Part shown: piece by piece, positions 62,008-64,000 of the stretch | Layout: every line of letters begins with the position of its first letter | How positions within the stretch are numbered: position 1 is the stretch's first letter | Assembly: GCA_963822965.1 (NCBI GenBank) | Contig: CAWGJT010000015.1 | Location: 96,001 to 160,000 of the forward strand | Direction: 5' to 3' | DNA length: 64,000 nt | Source of the DNA: an uncultured delta proteobacterium | GTDB taxonomy: Bacteria; Myxococcota_A; UBA9160; UBA4427 | Notes under the pieces: generated by a model | The model's database searches: none | The model's input: the letters and a program-made list of their open reading frames with translations, nothing else | Told to the model about the DNA's origin: nothing | Translations under genes and position numbers: made by a program

Positions 62008-62961
62008 ATGACCGCCTCCGCCTCCAGGACTGCCGTGCCCTCTCGCGAGCGCATGGAGGAGATCTTCGAGGCGACGAAGAACTGGGGCCGCTGGGGAGCG
62101 GACGACGAGCGTGGCGCGCTCAACCTCATCACTCCCGCGCGGCGGCTCGCCGCGGCCGCGTGCGTGCGCTCGGGGCTCCTCGTCTCCTGCGCGCGGGAGC
62201 TTCCGGTCCATCCGGCCCCCGACAACCCGAGCCCCGCCCTCCACATGATGATCCAGGGCGGCGACGACTGCCTGGTCCCCGGCTTCGACTTCGAGTCGAC
62301 CTCCGACTTCGTGGGCGTGGCCTTCCACGGCATGGCCACCTCGCACCTCGACGCCCTGTGTCACGTGCTGGTGAAGGGCAGGATGTACAACGGCTTCGAA
62401 GCCGCCTTCGTGAAGAGCACGGGCGCGCGGCGCGGCAGCGTGATGGCCTGCGCGGACGGCATCGTGAGCCGGGGCGTCCTGCTCGACATCCCGAGGCTAC
62501 GGGGCGAAGCCTGGCTCGAGCCCGGCACCGTCGTCACCCGCGAGGACCTCGAAGCCGCCGAGCGCCAGCAGAGCGTCCAGACCGAAGAAGGCGACGTGCT
62601 CCTGGTCGCCACGGGGCGCGACGCCCGGCGCGAGGCCCACGGCGCCTGGCACCCGCTGAAGGTCGGTCTCGCCGGGCTCCACCCCGAGTGTCTGCCCTGG
62701 CTGCACGAACGGGGCGTCGCCGTGCTCGGCAGCGACGGCATCTCCGACATCCTGCCCCCGCTCGGCATCCCCGGATGGCCGATGCCGATCCACCAGGTGG
62801 CCATCGCCGGCATGGGGGTGCACCTGCTCGACAACCTGCGACTCGACCGCCTGTCCCGGGCCTGCGCCGACCAGGAGCAGTGGGCGTTCCAGCTCACCGC
62901 GGCGCCGCTGCGCGTGGAGGGCGGAACGGGCTCGCCCCTGAATCCCATCGCGATGCTGTGA
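62008..62961 (+). CDS. Cyclase family metal-dependent hydrolase (kynurenine formamidase-like)
   Basis: NWGRWG.DDE.G.LN, HG..TSHLDALCH, RGVLLDI, GTGSPLNP. Confidence 0.92.
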   Translation: MTASASRTAVPSRERMEEIFEATKNWGRWGADDERGALNLITPARRLAAAACVRSGLLVSCARELPVHPAPDNPSPALHMMIQGGDDCLVPGFDFESTSDFVGVAFHGMATSHLDALCHVLVKGRMYNGFEAAFVKSTGARRGSVMACADGIVSRGVLLDIPRLRGEAWLEPGTVVTREDLEAAERQQSVQTEEGDVLLVATGRDARREAHGAWHPLKVGLAGLHPECLPWLHERGVAVLGSDGISDILPPLGIPGWPMPIHQVAIAGMGVHLLDNLRLDRLSRACADQEQWAFQLTAAPLRVEGGTGSPLNPIAML

Positions 62962-62989
62962 GCTCCGACGTCCGCCCCAGGAGGATCGA

Positions 62990-64000
62990 TTGAAGTTCGC
63001 ACTCTTCTACGAGATTCCGGTTGCCCGTCCCTGGAGCCGCACGAGCGAGCTCGAGGCGTATCAGAACGCGATCGAGCAGGCCGTGTTCGGCGAGGAGATG
63101 GGCTTCCACGCCTTCTGGACCGTCGAGCACCACTTCCTCGAGGAGTTCTCCCACTGCTCGAATCCGGAGGTCCTCTACGGCGCGATCGCGGCCCGCACCC
63201 AGAAGATGCGGATCGGCTATGGCGTCCGGCTCGCGCCCAAGCCCTACAACCACCCGGTCCGCTCGGCGGAATCGGCCGCGGTGCTCGACCTCGTGTCGAA
63301 CGGACGCGTCGACTTCGGCACGGGGCGGTCGTCCACGCGCCTCGAGCTGGAGGGGTTCGGAATCCACCCCGACGAGACGCGCGAGATGTGGCGCGAGTGC
63401 ATCGAGCACGTCGTCGACTGCTGGACGAACGAGTACACCGAGTTCGCCGGCAAGCACTGGTCGCTGCCTCGGCGGCGCGTGCAGCCGAAGCCGATCCAGG
63501 ACCCGCATCCCCCGATCTTCGGCGCCACGGCGAGCGACGACGGCCACCGGATGATGGGGGAGCTGGGCCTGGGACTCTGCTCGTTCGCGGTGGCCGCTCC
63601 GCCCGAGGACGCGGCTCGCCGGATCGCGATCTACAAGGAGGCGATCGCCGGCTGCACGAAGCCGCTCGGCGCCTTCGTGAACGACCAGGCCGCCGCCTTC
63701 ACGATGGTGAACTGCGCGCCCGACGCGGCCCGCAGCCGGCAGATCGCCGAGGAGTCCTTCCTCTGGTACGTCCAGCACTCGGTCTCGCTGATCGCCACCG
63801 TGGCATCCTGGATGGAAGAGATGAAGCAGGAGCTGGGGACCTACGACTACCTCGCACCGGTCAACCAGATGGTCGAGGCCAACGCGCTCAGCGCGCTCGA
63901 CTGGGGCTACCTGTCCGACTCGCGCGCCGTCCTCGCCGGCAGTCCCGACGACGTGGTCGCAACGGCGAAGGCCTACGAGGCGGCGGGGGTCGACCTGCTG
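62990..64000 (+). CDS. LLM-class flavin-dependent oxidoreductase, 3' truncated by the window edge
   Basis: AGGAGG RBS and TTG start; MKFALFYE...WTVEHHF..E.SH...A.LDL.SNGRVDFGTGRS. Open to the window end, so absent from the ORF track. Confidence 0.9.
   Translation, partial: MKFALFYEIPVARPWSRTSELEAYQNAIEQAVFGEEMGFHAFWTVEHHFLEEFSHCSNPEVLYGAIAARTQKMRIGYGVRLAPKPYNHPVRSAESAAVLDLVSNGRVDFGTGRSSTRLELEGFGIHPDETREMWRECIEHVVDCWTNEYTEFAGKHWSLPRRRVQPKPIQDPHPPIFGATASDDGHRMMGELGLGLCSFAVAAPPEDAARRIAIYKEAIAGCTKPLGAFVNDQAAAFTMVNCAPDAARSRQIAEESFLWYVQHSVSLIATVASWMEEMKQELGTYDYLAPVNQMVEANALSALDWGYLSDSRAVLAGSPDDVVATAKAYEAAGVDLL

Overview
Very GC-rich bacterial chromosomal window (about 70% GC by eye) with about 55 real CDS. 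Most long ORFs in the supplied track are GC shadow frames. The host is diderm: it has outer-membrane beta-barrels, two PEP-CTERM proteins, an Slt70-like lytic transglycosylase, ExbD and a lipoprotein. It also carries many actinobacterial-style lipid/steroid catabolic genes (KstR-like TetR, an acyl-CoA dehydrogenase pair, Rieske oxygenases, an F420-type LLM, SnoaL proteins). That mix would fit a Myxococcota/deltaproteobacterial-type lineage, but this is inference only. No rRNA, tRNA, CRISPR array, prophage or transposase was seen. Main points: (1) two selenoprotein genes that the ORF track misses or splits, a SelW/Rdx CxxU protein (1148-1369) and a Sec glutathione peroxidase (61305-60826), whose SECIS hairpins have identical spacing from the UGA; (2) a KstR-like regulator in a FadE-FadE/Rieske oxygenase cluster with KstR-box-like palindromes; (3) a PEP-CTERM / TPR-beta-barrel / FecR operon; (4) a divergent pair of RNA-modification genes with catalytically eroded domains; (5) a 159-bp TA-flanked MITE; (6) a sigma54-type promoter almost touching the start of a CP-ATP-grasp/alpha-E operon; (7) several short tandem repeats and five frameshifts clustered at 20.7-28.5 kb, probably sequencing errors. 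All family calls come from motif recognition by eye; no database search was run.
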